Counted from the first letter of the stretch, positions 38,935 to 49,714 are shown. The stretch is DNA of 64,000 bases from Tepidisphaera sp. (GCA_050916045.1 CP051526.1:3744001-3808000); one strand, 5' to 3'. Numbers and translations are program-made. Notes: generated by a model from the letters alone, not told the origin.

Positions 38935-41046
38935 TCACGGAGGCGGCTGGGAGACTTCGCTGTCGAGCACGGAGAACCCGCCCTCGGTGGACCGGTCCTG
39001 CAGGTCCATCCGGATCCGCAGGTCGCGCGAGTCATCGGTTACCACAAGCCGTGTCATACGCATCGACTCGACCATCGCTTCGTAGAAGTGGTGGGCCTTG
39101 AAGAGCATCGGATTGGCGACAAACGAGGAAACCTGGCCCTGGTAGCGAAGAGCCCGTTCCCGCATGCCCAGGTGCTTCTCCCAACGCGCCGCTTTGGCCT
39201 CAGAAAGAGTCCTGGCCACGCTGCCCTCGCACTCGGCCAGGAGCGAAGCGATCATGGCTTCGTGGGCCTGCTGAGCTTCGGGGCTTGCCCCTTCGGCGGT
39301 CATGCGGTCCTTGAGCTCGATCGCGTCGACGAGCTTGCGAGCAAGTTCGAGCGACCCCGTGGTCTTGATCAGCTTCTCGACCGCGGCCGCACTGGTGGCC
39401 TGGAAAAGACCCTCGGCTCCCTGCTCGGCCTGCACGGTCTTCTCGAATGAGGGCGCCACGGTCTTGGCCGGGTGAACGCCGAGGACGCTGAGCGAAAGCA
39501 CCTCGACACCGGCACCGCGAGCGGTCCCGTCACCGTTGGGGTTGAGTTTGTCGAAAGCCTCGGCGACCGCCTGCTTGATTTTGGGCGCGATCTGCACGCG
39601 GGCCGGGCCGAGGATGTCGTCGACCGAGTAGCCCTTGAGCGTGCGAATCACCACTCGCTGAGCCACGGCTTTGAGCATGGCTTCACGCTGCAGCGGCTCG
39701 CCCAGCCGCTCGAAAGCCTCCGCGTCGCGCACGGCGTACTGGAGCGGGATCTCGACGGCCATCAAGGCCATGTCGCTCAGCCACGCCGAATCCGGTGTCT
39801 GGTTGCTCGACTTGGCGACCTGGATCGGGCTGGGCCGAACGATGAAGAAGACCTCGCCCGCGCCGTGCTCGTTGGTCCAGAGCACGGGCTCGGTGCGGTC
39901 CTTGGCGTTGGGCGGCTTGGCGAGTTGGATCGTGCGCACGCCGGTGGTCGTCTCGCCCTTCTCGATGACGCGGCCGCGCTCGTCACGCTCGAAGTAGCTC
40001 GGGATCGAAACCCGCTCGACCGGCCACGGCAGCTTGAAGTGAAGGCCCGGATCGATCTCACGCGAGAACTCGCCGAACCGGAGCACCAGACCGCGCTGGT
40101 GCGGCAGAATGACCGTCGCGCACGAGAGAAGCCAGCCGATGAGAAGGCCCACGATCACGAGGTTGGCCACCGACCTGCTCAGGAGCTGGTAGAGCCACGT
40201 CGACGTGACGTTGTACCCGAACTGGTAGTTGATCGCTTCGCTCGCGGACTCGGCGATCCGGTCGGGAGCGGCGGCGAAGCTCATGAGCCGCGAGTCGGCG
40301 GCGATCGTGCGCACTTCGCCGGCTTTCCGCGGACGGTAGAGGTCCAGCAGGAAGTTGATGAAGACCTCAACGCCCATCACGCCGATCACGATCGGCACGA
40401 TCACCTGCATCCAGCGGAGCGGAGCGTCCGGGCCCCAGATGTCGACAAGATGGGAGACCAGCGAAGCGACGCCGATGAGGGCCATGGCGACGGAGATGCC
40501 GGCACCCGCGCGAAGCTTGGCCCACGCGGGCTGCTTGGCCATGCCCGCGATGTACCGGGCGAAGGGGAAGCCAACCGCCGCGGCGACGGACCAGATGGCG
40601 ATCGCCCAGCCGCGACCCTGAACGCCCATGAACGAAGTCTCGTCCACGATGTTGCGGGCCTGGTTGAACCGCCAGAACGCGATCCCGATGAGGGAGGCGC
40701 CGAAAGCCAGGCTCAGGATGGGCAGGATCCACTTCTCAACCAGGTCAAGCCGCTTGGCCGCGACCCGGAAGTCCCCGCCCCCTTCGAAGACGGATCCGCC
40801 CTGATCAGACGCGAGCGCCTCGTGTTCGAGGGCTTCGATCCGCTCGCGGCGGTGCTGGTCGTGGACGATGGCCAGCCCGATCCAGATCAGGACGCCGGCT
40901 CCGACGAACCACGCCGCGGTGACGGCGGTGTGGTCGGAGAACTTGACGCCGTAGACAAGGAGCGAAGCTGCCAGGACGGCGTGGACCACGGCGCCGATGA
41001 AGCACCGAGCCGTCGCCTTCTGATACGTCACATAGTCCGCCTTCAT
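38935..41046 (-). CDS. Multi-TM protein with C-terminal SPFH (HflK-like) domain
   Basis: About seven N-terminal TMs; GLVLRFGE..PGLHFKLPWPVE, GVEVLSL..VHP..VA..FE. Confidence 0.82.
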   Translation of the reverse strand: MKADYVTYQKATARCFIGAVVHAVLAASLLVYGVKFSDHTAVTAAWFVGAGVLIWIGLAIVHDQHRRERIEALEHEALASDQGGSVFEGGGDFRVAAKRLDLVEKWILPILSLAFGASLIGIAFWRFNQARNIVDETSFMGVQGRGWAIAIWSVAAAVGFPFARYIAGMAKQPAWAKLRAGAGISVAMALIGVASLVSHLVDIWGPDAPLRWMQVIVPIVIGVMGVEVFINFLLDLYRPRKAGEVRTIAADSRLMSFAAAPDRIAESASEAINYQFGYNVTSTWLYQLLSRSVANLVIVGLLIGWLLSCATVILPHQRGLVLRFGEFSREIDPGLHFKLPWPVERVSIPSYFERDERGRVIEKGETTTGVRTIQLAKPPNAKDRTEPVLWTNEHGAGEVFFIVRPSPIQVAKSSNQTPDSAWLSDMALMAVEIPLQYAVRDAEAFERLGEPLQREAMLKAVAQRVVIRTLKGYSVDDILGPARVQIAPKIKQAVAEAFDKLNPNGDGTARGAGVEVLSLSVLGVHPAKTVAPSFEKTVQAEQGAEGLFQATSAAAVEKLIKTTGSLELARKLVDAIELKDRMTAEGASPEAQQAHEAMIASLLAECEGSVARTLSEAKAARWEKHLGMRERALRYQGQVSSFVANPMLFKAHHFYEAMVESMRMTRLVVTDDSRDLRIRMDLQDRSTEGGFSVLDSEVSQPPP

Positions 41047-41611
41047 CGCGGCTCCATCTCTAGACGCGGCGTCCCGATCGGGCCGCCGGTCAAACTCGGA
41101 ACATTCACCTGCTCACGAGCACGCTACAGAACGCCGTGCCCGCCCCACCACCGTGATACCCCACCCCTATCCCTCCGGGATCGGCTTCCCGATCCAGGGC
41201 GGGTATTGTGCCGCCCCTCACGCCCGCTGTCCACCCTCCGGGACGAAACCTCGACCATCCGAGCCATCCCAAGCCGACGCCCGACGACGAAAGCACAGGG
41301 TGCCACTCCGTTCGGACCGCCCGGACGGAACCCTTCCCCGTATTCACACTCTCTCCGGACAGCGGCTCGGACAGGCCGACCACGGGCGCCAGAACGGCGG
41401 CCGTCCCGAGGTCGACATACAAACGCTCTCGGTCTTACGTTCCGGGCGAACTTTGGTTCGTCCCCGAGCGAAGAATCTTTCACGGATGCGTCTTTCCCCT
41501 CCCGGCGCGGGGGTGGAGTATGCTTCCTCCCTTCGACGGGCACCCGCATTCGCCGGTGTTCACCCGTCCTCCCTTCCGAACTCCCGGAAGTGGCCGCCAG
41601 ACTGCTTCGCC

Positions 41612-42967
41612 ATGATCGCCCAATCGCTCACCATCGCCCGCAACGCCTTCGTGGAAAGCCTGCGCCAACCCGCGATGCTCTTTCTGGTCATTGGCTCGGG
41701 CGTCGTCCAGGTGCTCATCCCCTGGATGACCGGTTTCGCCATGGGCCAGGAAGAGTCCGGCGAACTCGAGGGCGACAACAAGCTTCAGTTCGACATCGGT
41801 CTCTCCTCCGTCTTCGTCATCGCGACGATCCTCGCGGCGTTCATCGCCACGACCACCCTCTCGCGCGAAATCGAGAACAAAACGGCCCTCACGGTTGTCA
41901 GCAAGCCCATCGGCCGCCCGACGGTCGTGGTCGGCAAGTACCTCGGTGTGTCAGCCGCGCTGCTGATTGCGCTGGGGTCGATGATCATTTTCCTTCTGGT
42001 TTCGGTCCGCCACGGCGTGCTTTCGAACGCTTCAGACCAGCTGGACATGCCCGCGATCGTCTTTCCGCTTGCTGCGGTTCTGATCGCGCTGGTCGGTTCC
42101 GGATGGCTGAACTTCTTCTACGGGTGGAACTTCCCGCAAACCTCGGTCTCCATGCTCTTTCCGCTGCTCATCGTGGCGTTCGGACTGGTCATGGCGTTCG
42201 ACAAGACGTGGGCGAGCCAGGAGTGGTTCCACGACTTCAAGCCGCAGGTGACGGTCGCGGCGCTCGCGCTGACGCTGGCCGTGCTCGTGCTGACCAGCAT
42301 CGCGGTGGCGGCATCGACGCGACTCAGCCAGGTCATGACGGTTTTCGTCTGCCTGGGTGTTTTCCTGGCTTCACTTCTGACCAACCACTTCCTCGGGCGG
42401 TTCGCTTTCAGCAACTCGCCGATCGGAATCGTGGCTTCGGCCGAGCCGACGGACCTGACCCGCGGCGCCTTTGACCGCTCGGGAGACATGTACACGATCG
42501 AGCTCATCCGTCCGCCGAACGAGCCCCTCAAGCCCGGCACGCCGATCTACTACGGCATCAACGGGAACGGGTTTGATCTGGTCGCGTCCAAATACGAGCC
42601 GTTCACCGGCGACGCGTCCAAATCCGAGGACACCCTGGGGATCAACGCTCCCGCCGCCATCATCGTGACCTCGGCGACCGAGAAGAGCATCACGATCCGC
42701 AACATCGGGTATGAGGGTGTCCCGGTGAGCCGTCCCCCCCAGCCCCGCGACTACTTCTTCACCCAGCCGACCAAAGCCAACGCTTTCGCGATGGTCCCCT
42801 GGTCGGTCCTGCCCAACATGCACTACTTCTGGCTTTTGGACGCCGTCAGCCAGAACCAGCCGGTCCCTGTGTCGTACTTGGCCAGAGCGGCGATCTACGC
42901 CGCGTTCCAGGTGGGGGCCTTCCTCGCGCTGGCCGTCATCCTGTTCCAGAAACGGGATGTCGGCTGA
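41612..42967 (+). CDS. ABC-2 type transporter permease (second, divergent)
   Basis: IARNAFVESLRQP, SREIENKTALTVVSKPIGR...GKYLGV, C-terminal LFQKRDVG. Confidence 0.85.
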   Translation: MIAQSLTIARNAFVESLRQPAMLFLVIGSGVVQVLIPWMTGFAMGQEESGELEGDNKLQFDIGLSSVFVIATILAAFIATTTLSREIENKTALTVVSKPIGRPTVVVGKYLGVSAALLIALGSMIIFLLVSVRHGVLSNASDQLDMPAIVFPLAAVLIALVGSGWLNFFYGWNFPQTSVSMLFPLLIVAFGLVMAFDKTWASQEWFHDFKPQVTVAALALTLAVLVLTSIAVAASTRLSQVMTVFVCLGVFLASLLTNHFLGRFAFSNSPIGIVASAEPTDLTRGAFDRSGDMYTIELIRPPNEPLKPGTPIYYGINGNGFDLVASKYEPFTGDASKSEDTLGINAPAAIIVTSATEKSITIRNIGYEGVPVSRPPQPRDYFFTQPTKANAFAMVPWSVLPNMHYFWLLDAVSQNQPVPVSYLARAAIYAAFQVGAFLALAVILFQKRDVG

Positions 42968-43036
42968 ACCGGGGCGGCCTTGCCGGGGATATAATCTCTT
43001 GATCTGCAAGCCCAAGGCGGGCAAGGAGTTGAGTCC

Positions 43037-43348
43037 ATGGAACGCAAGTCGCTGATGCGCGGCATCGATGTGCCCGACACCAAAGCCGACAAAAAGGCGA
43101 AAGAGAAGAGCGGCGATGGCATCCCCCCCGCCAAGATCGCTTTGGTCGTCGTCTGCTTCCTCATCGGTGGAGCGGGCATCGCGTACAGCGCCGGCCTCTT
43201 TGACGGCAAGCCCGTTCACAACAACAAGGTCGTCTCCCCCACCGGCGACACCCTGACGCCCGAAGCCGAGAAGCGCATCGAAGAGCGCAAGAAGAAGATG
43301 GAACTGCCCGAAGGGCACCCCCAGAAGCCGGTCATCGGCGCCAGCTGA
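43037..43348 (+). CDS. Small single-pass membrane protein
   Basis: AAGGAG RBS, one TM (IALVVVCFLIGGAGIAYSAGL), charged termini. Confidence 0.65.
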   Translation: MERKSLMRGIDVPDTKADKKAKEKSGDGIPPAKIALVVVCFLIGGAGIAYSAGLFDGKPVHNNKVVSPTGDTLTPEAEKRIEERKKKMELPEGHPQKPVIGAS

Positions 43349-43354
43349 TCCGCT

Positions 43355-43762
43355 TCAAACGTACCGATACTCGATCGGAGCATCGACCTCCGGGTGCAAG
43401 CTCGCATGCACCGGGCAGGTATGCCCCACGCGCTCCAGACGCTCACGCATCTCCGCGGGCACCGAAGCCGGCATGGTCACGACCACCGGAAGCCGGGCGA
43501 TCCGCCGGGGGGCCGGCGGCTGCGTCATGTGCTTCTCGACCGTTGCGCTCGCTCCGGTCAGGTCGATCCCGTGACGCTCGGCGAACATCGCCATCGTCGT
43601 CAGGATGCACGAAGCCAGTCCCGAAGCCACCAGATCCGTCGGGCTGAACGCCGAAGCGTCACCGCCGATGTCCTTGGGGGCATCCGTTCGAAGCTTCGGC
43701 CCCTCGGGGTGCGTCAGGTCACACTTCTTGTTGCCGGCGTACCGGACCGCGATCGTGAGCAT
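43355..43762 (-). CDS. OsmC family protein
   Basis: TDAP...G....SPTDL...LASC and CPVHASL conserved Cys pair. Confidence 0.9.
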   Translation of the reverse strand: MLTIAVRYAGNKKCDLTHPEGPKLRTDAPKDIGGDASAFSPTDLVASGLASCILTTMAMFAERHGIDLTGASATVEKHMTQPPAPRRIARLPVVVTMPASVPAEMRERLERVGHTCPVHASLHPEVDAPIEYRYV

Positions 43763-43774
43763 CCGCAAGCGTAC

Positions 43775-44692
43775 TCACGACTCGGTCGTGTCGTACTGGG
43801 CCGCGTACACCCCTGTCCGAAGCCAGCGAAGCTGCCGGACAATGTCGTTGCACAGCGTGCTCGCGCCAAACCGGAACAAGTCCGGCGTCAGCCAGGCGTC
43901 GCCCAGCGTCTCCTTCACCATGACGAGGTAGTGCAACGCCTGCTTGGCCGTGCGGATCCCGCCCGCGGGCTTCATCCCGACCTTCAGGCCGGTTTCCTCG
44001 TGCCAGTCGCGGATCGCTTCCAGCATGACGAGCGTCACGGGCATTGTCGCTGCGGGCTGGACCTTTCCCGTGCTCGTCTTGATGAAATCCGCTCCGTGCG
44101 CGTGCTTCACGCCCACCTCGCTCATGGCGCGGATCGCGAGGTCGCTGGCGCGGCGGACCTGGTCGAGGGTTTCAAGCTCGCCGGTCTCGAGGATCACCTT
44201 GAGGTGGGCGTGGCCGCACGCGACCTTGATCTGGCGGATCTCCTCGGCGACCTCGTCGTACCGCCCGGCGAGAAACGCTCCGCGGTTGATCACCATGTCG
44301 ATTTCGTCAGCCCCGTCCGCGACCGCTCGGCGGACATCTTCGAGCCGGACCTCAAGCGGGTACTGCCCGCTCGGAAACCCCGTCGCGACCGACGCGATAT
44401 GGATCCCGGTGCCATCGAGCTCTTCACGACAGACCGCGACGAGGTTCGGATACACGCAGACGGCGGCGGCTTGCGGGAGCGAGCGGTCGTCCGGGTCGGG
44501 GGTCTGGGCTTTGCGGCAGAGAGCCCGAGCTTTCTCCGGCGAGTCCTTCCCCTCCAGGGTGGTCAGGTCGACCATCGAGAGCGCGAGCCGGAGCCCGGAA
44601 GCCTTCGCGGAGGACTTGATCGAGCGCTTCGTGAACGAAGCCGCTCGCTCGGTGGCCATGACTGGATCGACGGTGGGGCTGGCGTAGGCCAT
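43775..44692 (-). CDS. deoC: Deoxyribose-phosphate aldolase
   Basis: DLTTLEG, CVYP, GADEIDMV, LKVILETGEL, FIKTSTGK, KPAGGIR, RFGAS. Confidence 0.96.
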   Translation of the reverse strand: MAYASPTVDPVMATERAASFTKRSIKSSAKASGLRLALSMVDLTTLEGKDSPEKARALCRKAQTPDPDDRSLPQAAAVCVYPNLVAVCREELDGTGIHIASVATGFPSGQYPLEVRLEDVRRAVADGADEIDMVINRGAFLAGRYDEVAEEIRQIKVACGHAHLKVILETGELETLDQVRRASDLAIRAMSEVGVKHAHGADFIKTSTGKVQPAATMPVTLVMLEAIRDWHEETGLKVGMKPAGGIRTAKQALHYLVMVKETLGDAWLTPDLFRFGASTLCNDIVRQLRWLRTGVYAAQYDTTES

Positions 44693-44701
44693 AGGCGAAT
44701 T

Positions 44702-45622
44702 CTAGGGTTGGAGCGATTCGTGGCCCGTCGACCCCCCCAGGCCGGCGAGAAACTCGGCGACCGCCCGCTCAGCGATCTCCGCCGGTCCCGGCGGGTTCCA
44801 CACGCCGACGTGATCCGCTCCGGGAATACAGACGAGCCGCCCGCATGCCGCCGAAGAAGCGATCGCTCGCCCATCCGCCACCGGCGAGATCTCGTCAAGT
44901 TCGCCATGCAGGACAAGAAGCGGCACCGCCAGATTCGCTGCATGCGACGCACGATCGAAAGCCGCCGGCGCGAGTCGGCCAGACACGCCCAGCCCCACCC
45001 ACCACAGCGCCACCGGCAGGTTCCACCGGTACGGCATCGCCGAAGCCGCGAGGACCGCCGCGGCCGGTGTCGCCGGCAACCGGTACGGCGCTTCGGCGAT
45101 CACCCCCACCACGCCAGCGGGTTTGCTCGCCGCGGCTTCGATCGAAACTCCCGCTCCGAGCGAGAACCCGTACAGGACGACACGCTGGCCCTCGGGAAGT
45201 GTCTTGAGAAGCGACAGGAGGGCTCCCGCTTCCACCGCCCCAAGCCCGCACCGACCGGGAGCATCCCCGTGGCCGGGAAGGTCCCAGACGACGACCCGGG
45301 AAGCGTGCTTGGCCAGCACGTCGGCGCGGGCGAGCATCGTCACCCGCGAATCTCCCCAGCCGTGCGTCACGACGACGACGGGGCCCTCGGGAACATCACC
45401 CGTGATGTCCCACGCGGGCAAGTTGAGGCCCGACCATTCGAGCGACCATTCGCGGAAGACCCGCGGCTTGGCGAGTTCGCCCGGATCGCCCGGGCGACCG
45501 CGAGCGACCGCCCACGAATACGTCCGGCTTGGAGGACTCCTGAGCACGCGCACCGTCTCGCTCACGCCGATGAAGCATGCGATCAGCAATCCGACGAGCA
45601 GAAGCACGGCAAGTCCGAGCAC
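44702..45622 (-). CDS. Alpha/beta hydrolase, membrane-anchored
   Basis: HGWGD, DLPGHG, GFSLG nucleophile, HGELDE, GADH. Confidence 0.88.
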   Translation of the reverse strand: MLGLAVLLLVGLLIACFIGVSETVRVLRSPPSRTYSWAVARGRPGDPGELAKPRVFREWSLEWSGLNLPAWDITGDVPEGPVVVVTHGWGDSRVTMLARADVLAKHASRVVVWDLPGHGDAPGRCGLGAVEAGALLSLLKTLPEGQRVVLYGFSLGAGVSIEAAASKPAGVVGVIAEAPYRLPATPAAAVLAASAMPYRWNLPVALWWVGLGVSGRLAPAAFDRASHAANLAVPLLVLHGELDEISPVADGRAIASSAACGRLVCIPGADHVGVWNPPGPAEIAERAVAEFLAGLGGSTGHESLQP

Positions 45623-45673
45623 GCCCGAGCGTAGCCGCCCGCCGCCGCGCGAACCGCCGCGACGCTGGCGGCT

Positions 45674-47818
45674 TCACATCCCGAAAAGTCGCTTGACATC
45701 GTTGAACGTGACCAGCAGGAACATCGCGCCCAGGAACACGAGACCCGCGATCGAGACCATCTCCTGAGCCTTGAGCGGCAGCGGCCTTCCGCGGATCTGC
45801 TCGTAAAGGATCATCAGGAACTGGCCGCCGTCCACGATCGGCAGGGGCAGGAAGTTCACCACGGCGAGGTTCACGGAGATCAGCGCGAGGAAGAACAAGA
45901 GCCACATCGTCCCGCGGGCGGCGATCAGCGTGCCCACGTGCGCGATCCCCACCGGGCCCTGCAGGTGCTCAACCTTGACCGTGCCTTCGAAAAGCCGGGC
46001 GAAGGTGATGTACGTCTGAAGCATCACGCGGCGGGTCTCGCGAAGCCCAAGCCGAAGCGCGTCCGCCGGGGAAGCGGCCCGAAGCATCACTTCTTCGCTT
46101 CCGAAAATCCCCAGGCCGGTCGGCGCTTGCCAACCAAGCTTGTGAAGACGGACGGCGTCCGCGGCGGGGATGAGCCATGTCACCTCGCGGCGCGGGCTTC
46201 CCGGAGCGGGCAGTTCGATCGTGAGGTTGATGACGGTGGACTCGGCCGCGTCGGGCTTGGTGGCTTTGAGAAGCGCGGCGCGGATCTGGCCGAAGTTCGA
46301 GACCGGCTCACCCGCAACCGCGACGATTCTGGAGCCGGGCCGCAGATCCAGGGCTTTCGCAGCCGGGGCCGGCCCGACCTTGGCGGGTTCGCGGAGCGTG
46401 ACGAACCCCTCCGGCGCGGCGGCGATGTAGGTCCCCGTGTCCGCCGTCGTGCCGGGGTTGAATCCGATGCGCCCCTCGCTATTCACCGGCGCGATCAGAT
46501 CAACCGCGCGAAGCCCGCCCTCGCCGTCGGCACGGAGCACGGTGATCGGGATCTCCTTCTTGGTCGAATGGCCCTGAATCTCCGCCATCCCCTGCGAGAG
46601 GTTCGGGAACTCGATCGTGCCGAGCCGAGCGAAGATATCGCCGGCGCGAAGGCCGACCCGCTCGGAATCCTGCGGCTGGATCCGCGCGACCGTCATCACG
46701 GGCATCAGCCCAAGGAGATGCTGAACGGATTCGGGGGCGTCAAGCCGCCCGCGGACCAGGTCCTGCTCGAGCTTGGCGACGGGCGGCACGCTGATGTCGA
46801 TGCGGGAGCCCGTACCATCCACAAACGAGAGCGCCACGGGCATGCCGCCCGAAGCACGGAACGCTTCGGAGTATCGGGCGCCGGGGAGTTCCGCATCCGC
46901 GGGCGCACCCGGGGGCAGTTCGAACGACCCCGCTCGCACCAGACGCATCCCGGGCCGCACGCCCACGAGGCCCAAGCGGTCCAGCTCGGTGCCGAACCTC
47001 TCGTTCTCCTCGTTCGTGCCGATCCTGGGAATCTCGCCCGATCTCGGAGCGTCAAGCCCCAAGCCGAGCAAGCCCGTCAGACGGTCGACCTCCGGCACGA
47101 TCGAGAACCGCATCGGAGCCGGCAGGCCCTCTCGCTCGACGACCAGCGAAAGCGGCACGCCCCGGCGGGCCATGGTGGCCGCGAGCATCACGTCGCTGAA
47201 GGAATTGGGTCGCTCGCCGTTGATCAGCGCGATCGTGTCGCCCGGACGAAGGTGCGCATCCTCGGGCTTGAGGCTCAGCTCGGCGGCGTTGGAGGCGATC
47301 GCGTTGGCCGCGGGGCGGCCCGGCTCGATGTCGCCGATCGCCGCCGGCATGACGGGCAGACCCGCGCTGAAGACGATGACGAAAAGCACCGCGGCGGTGA
47401 TGATGTTCATCACCACGCCCGCCGAAATGACTATCATCCGCTTCCACGGCGCACAACGCTGGTAGCTGTCGGACTCGTCGCTGATCGCCGTCGGGTCCGC
47501 ATCGTCCTGCCCAAGCATGCGCACGTACCCGCCGATGGGAAGCCAGTTCAGCCGGTACTCCGTCGGGCTCAGACCCCGCTGACCGGAAGCTTGCCGGGCG
47601 AAAGCCTCGCGCTCGCTGGAACCTCGCCGCCATCCCAGCCCGGGGCGATACGACACCACCGCAGGGCCCATCCCGATCGCGAACGCGAGCACACGGATCC
47701 CCGCCCACCGCGCCGCGAGAAAGTGCCCCAACTCGTGCACGAAAATGATCGAACTGAATCCGAACACCACGAGCAGGAAGTTCATCAGGGTGACAAGCGG
47801 GCCCAAAAGGGATTCCAT
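45674..47818 (-). CDS. rseP: RseP-like site-2 protease (M50) with multiple PDZ domains
   Basis: HELGH, LPIGGYVRM, AGVVMN, GPVGI, NFLPLPIVDGG. Confidence 0.92.
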   Translation of the reverse strand: MESLLGPLVTLMNFLLVVFGFSSIIFVHELGHFLAARWAGIRVLAFAIGMGPAVVSYRPGLGWRRGSSEREAFARQASGQRGLSPTEYRLNWLPIGGYVRMLGQDDADPTAISDESDSYQRCAPWKRMIVISAGVVMNIITAAVLFVIVFSAGLPVMPAAIGDIEPGRPAANAIASNAAELSLKPEDAHLRPGDTIALINGERPNSFSDVMLAATMARRGVPLSLVVEREGLPAPMRFSIVPEVDRLTGLLGLGLDAPRSGEIPRIGTNEENERFGTELDRLGLVGVRPGMRLVRAGSFELPPGAPADAELPGARYSEAFRASGGMPVALSFVDGTGSRIDISVPPVAKLEQDLVRGRLDAPESVQHLLGLMPVMTVARIQPQDSERVGLRAGDIFARLGTIEFPNLSQGMAEIQGHSTKKEIPITVLRADGEGGLRAVDLIAPVNSEGRIGFNPGTTADTGTYIAAAPEGFVTLREPAKVGPAPAAKALDLRPGSRIVAVAGEPVSNFGQIRAALLKATKPDAAESTVINLTIELPAPGSPRREVTWLIPAADAVRLHKLGWQAPTGLGIFGSEEVMLRAASPADALRLGLRETRRVMLQTYITFARLFEGTVKVEHLQGPVGIAHVGTLIAARGTMWLLFFLALISVNLAVVNFLPLPIVDGGQFLMILYEQIRGRPLPLKAQEMVSIAGLVFLGAMFLLVTFNDVKRLFGM

Positions 47819-47895
47819 GGAGGATGCTATCGGCCACCGGTCGCTCCGGACGCCCGTTTGGAGCAACCCGCGGGCGGAAAGCGGCGACAACAGAC

Positions 47896-47931
47896 AAAAA
47901 AGAGGCCGGGCCGGAAGAGTTCCGGCCCGGC
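47896..47931 (-). terminator. Rho-independent terminator of the redoxin gene
   Basis: GCCGGGCCGGAA-gag-TTCCGGCCCGGC with an A-run on its left (U-tail on minus strand). Confidence 0.7.
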
Positions 47932-47968
47932 GCGAGAATCGAGAGAAGCCGGAGAGCCGGCGTCTGGC

Positions 47969-48628
47969 TTACTTCTTCTTGCCGTACTTGACGCCACAGC
48001 CGTAGGGCTTGGTGGAGGAGGTCGTCACGGCCTTGCCCGCAAGGAGCTCATCGACGGCTTTGCTGACGTAGTTGGTCTTGCCGACCTTGGCGCCCGAGTC
48101 GTCGTCGATCGCGCCGGTGTAGGCGATCTTGCCGTCGGTGCCGATCACGAAGCACTGGGGGGTGTTCGTCGCGCCGTACGCGCGGCCCGTCTCGCCGGAC
48201 TCGTCCAGGGCGATGGGGAACTCGATCTTCCAGTCCTTCTTCTTCTTGGCGTTGGTCTCCTTGCCGGAGCCCTGCTCGCCGGGAGCGTTGCTGTTGATCG
48301 CGACGATGGAGACCTTCTTGTCCTTGTACGCGGCCGCCATGTCGTTGAAGGTGTTGCCGCCCTTCTCAAAGTGCTTGACCACGAACGGGCACTCGGGGTT
48401 GAACCAGAAGACGACCACGATCTTGCCGTCTTTGCGGAGATCGTCGAGTTTCACGTCTTTCCCGTCGGTGTCTTTCAGCGAGAACGAGGGAGCAGCGTCG
48501 CCGACCGCGAGAGCCTTCTTGGTCTCTTCCTTCTTGTCGCCCGGCTGGGTGAAGCCCGGGAGGACAAGCGCGGTGGTCGCGAGGGTGCCGATGGTGAACA
48601 ACGCGAGAAGAGTCTTGGCCTTGGCCAT
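47969..48628 (-). CDS. Exported redoxin (AhpC/TSA thioredoxin-like)
   Basis: GDAAPSFSL, WFNPECPFV, AINSN, YGATNTP, GAIDD, PYGCGVKY. Confidence 0.9.
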   Translation of the reverse strand: MAKAKTLLALFTIGTLATTALVLPGFTQPGDKKEETKKALAVGDAAPSFSLKDTDGKDVKLDDLRKDGKIVVVFWFNPECPFVVKHFEKGGNTFNDMAAAYKDKKVSIVAINSNAPGEQGSGKETNAKKKKDWKIEFPIALDESGETGRAYGATNTPQCFVIGTDGKIAYTGAIDDDSGAKVGKTNYVSKAVDELLAGKAVTTSSTKPYGCGVKYGKKK

Positions 48629-48724
48629 GGAAATGCTCCGAGAAACCGAACATCCGCCGCCGACGAGCGACACGCCCGAAGCCGAGCGGAGTTCAAGGTC
48701 AGATCGTCACGAACCATACGATGC

Positions 48725-49609
48725 CTACCGCGGGGCGGGAGTTCCGTCGGCATCGGCTCCGGGGCTGGTTTTCGGGTCCTTTTCTGCGTTTTTCTCCGGT
48801 TTTGGCGTTGTGTTCACGTGGTAGTGCTTCGCGGACTTGCCACTGCCGACCGACAGAATACCGATTATGGGGGTGCCAGTGCGCAATTTCGACCGATCGA
48901 CCTTTAGCGCCGCGGTCAGCGTTTCGCCCTTCGAGGTGGCACCGTTGGCCAGGTCGCTCAACTCGGCGGAGGACTCGTGAGGCATGAAAGCGATCGCGTC
49001 CGCTCCGGGAGCGGTGAAGGTCACGGATTTCGCGGCGACTTCGACCTTGATGGAGCCGTCCTTGGGGAGGGGCTGGGGGAGTGCGGCCCGGGCGGCTTCG
49101 ATGACCGACTTGCCCGAAGCGGGCTTGGCGTCCGCGCGACGCTCGACGACCCGGACCTCGGCTTTGACCGTGCCGCCGCCGATCCGGCAGACGCTGGCGC
49201 ACTCCATCCATTCGACGGGGAGCTCAATCGTCAGGGTCTGGCCGGGCTTGACCGTGGGCGCGATCGTGACGGGCAGGAGCAGGACGGCTTGCTTTTCGTA
49301 GATGTGGTCGACGATGTCGCCCGGGAGCGCGTGGCGATGCGGCACGGGCCAAGCGATCTCGCCGAGGCTGACACCCTCGGGCAATTTGCTGGTGTCGAAC
49401 TTGGGCGGCTGCCCGGTGTCGTTCTGGCCGGCCCAGTAAATGTGCCAGTCCTTGTCGATGTCGAAGACAGCGGCGAGGGTGAGCGTGCCCCCGGGTTCGA
49501 TCCCGTCAAACTCAGAAACAAGCTTCGCTCTCACGTGGTCCTCGTCGGCGGGGGGCATCGGGGCGACGCAGGCGAGAGCCGGAACGATCAGGGCGAGGAT
49601 CGGAAGCAT
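48725..49609 (-). CDS. DsbD N-terminal-like (disulfide reductase) domain protein
   Basis: Signal peptide; WHIYW...DTG.P, WPVP, WMECASVC. Confidence 0.82.
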   Translation of the reverse strand: MLPILALIVPALACVAPMPPADEDHVRAKLVSEFDGIEPGGTLTLAAVFDIDKDWHIYWAGQNDTGQPPKFDTSKLPEGVSLGEIAWPVPHRHALPGDIVDHIYEKQAVLLLPVTIAPTVKPGQTLTIELPVEWMECASVCRIGGGTVKAEVRVVERRADAKPASGKSVIEAARAALPQPLPKDGSIKVEVAAKSVTFTAPGADAIAFMPHESSAELSDLANGATSKGETLTAALKVDRSKLRTGTPIIGILSVGSGKSAKHYHVNTTPKPEKNAEKDPKTSPGADADGTPAPR

Positions 49610-49714
49610 GGGAACCTCCAGATGACCCGATGTGGGGAGGGCCGACGGAATCCGCTGGCCCGGCCCGCGATGGGTGCGAACACTACCGGCATGGTAGATG
49701 CACACCGCTCCTCG

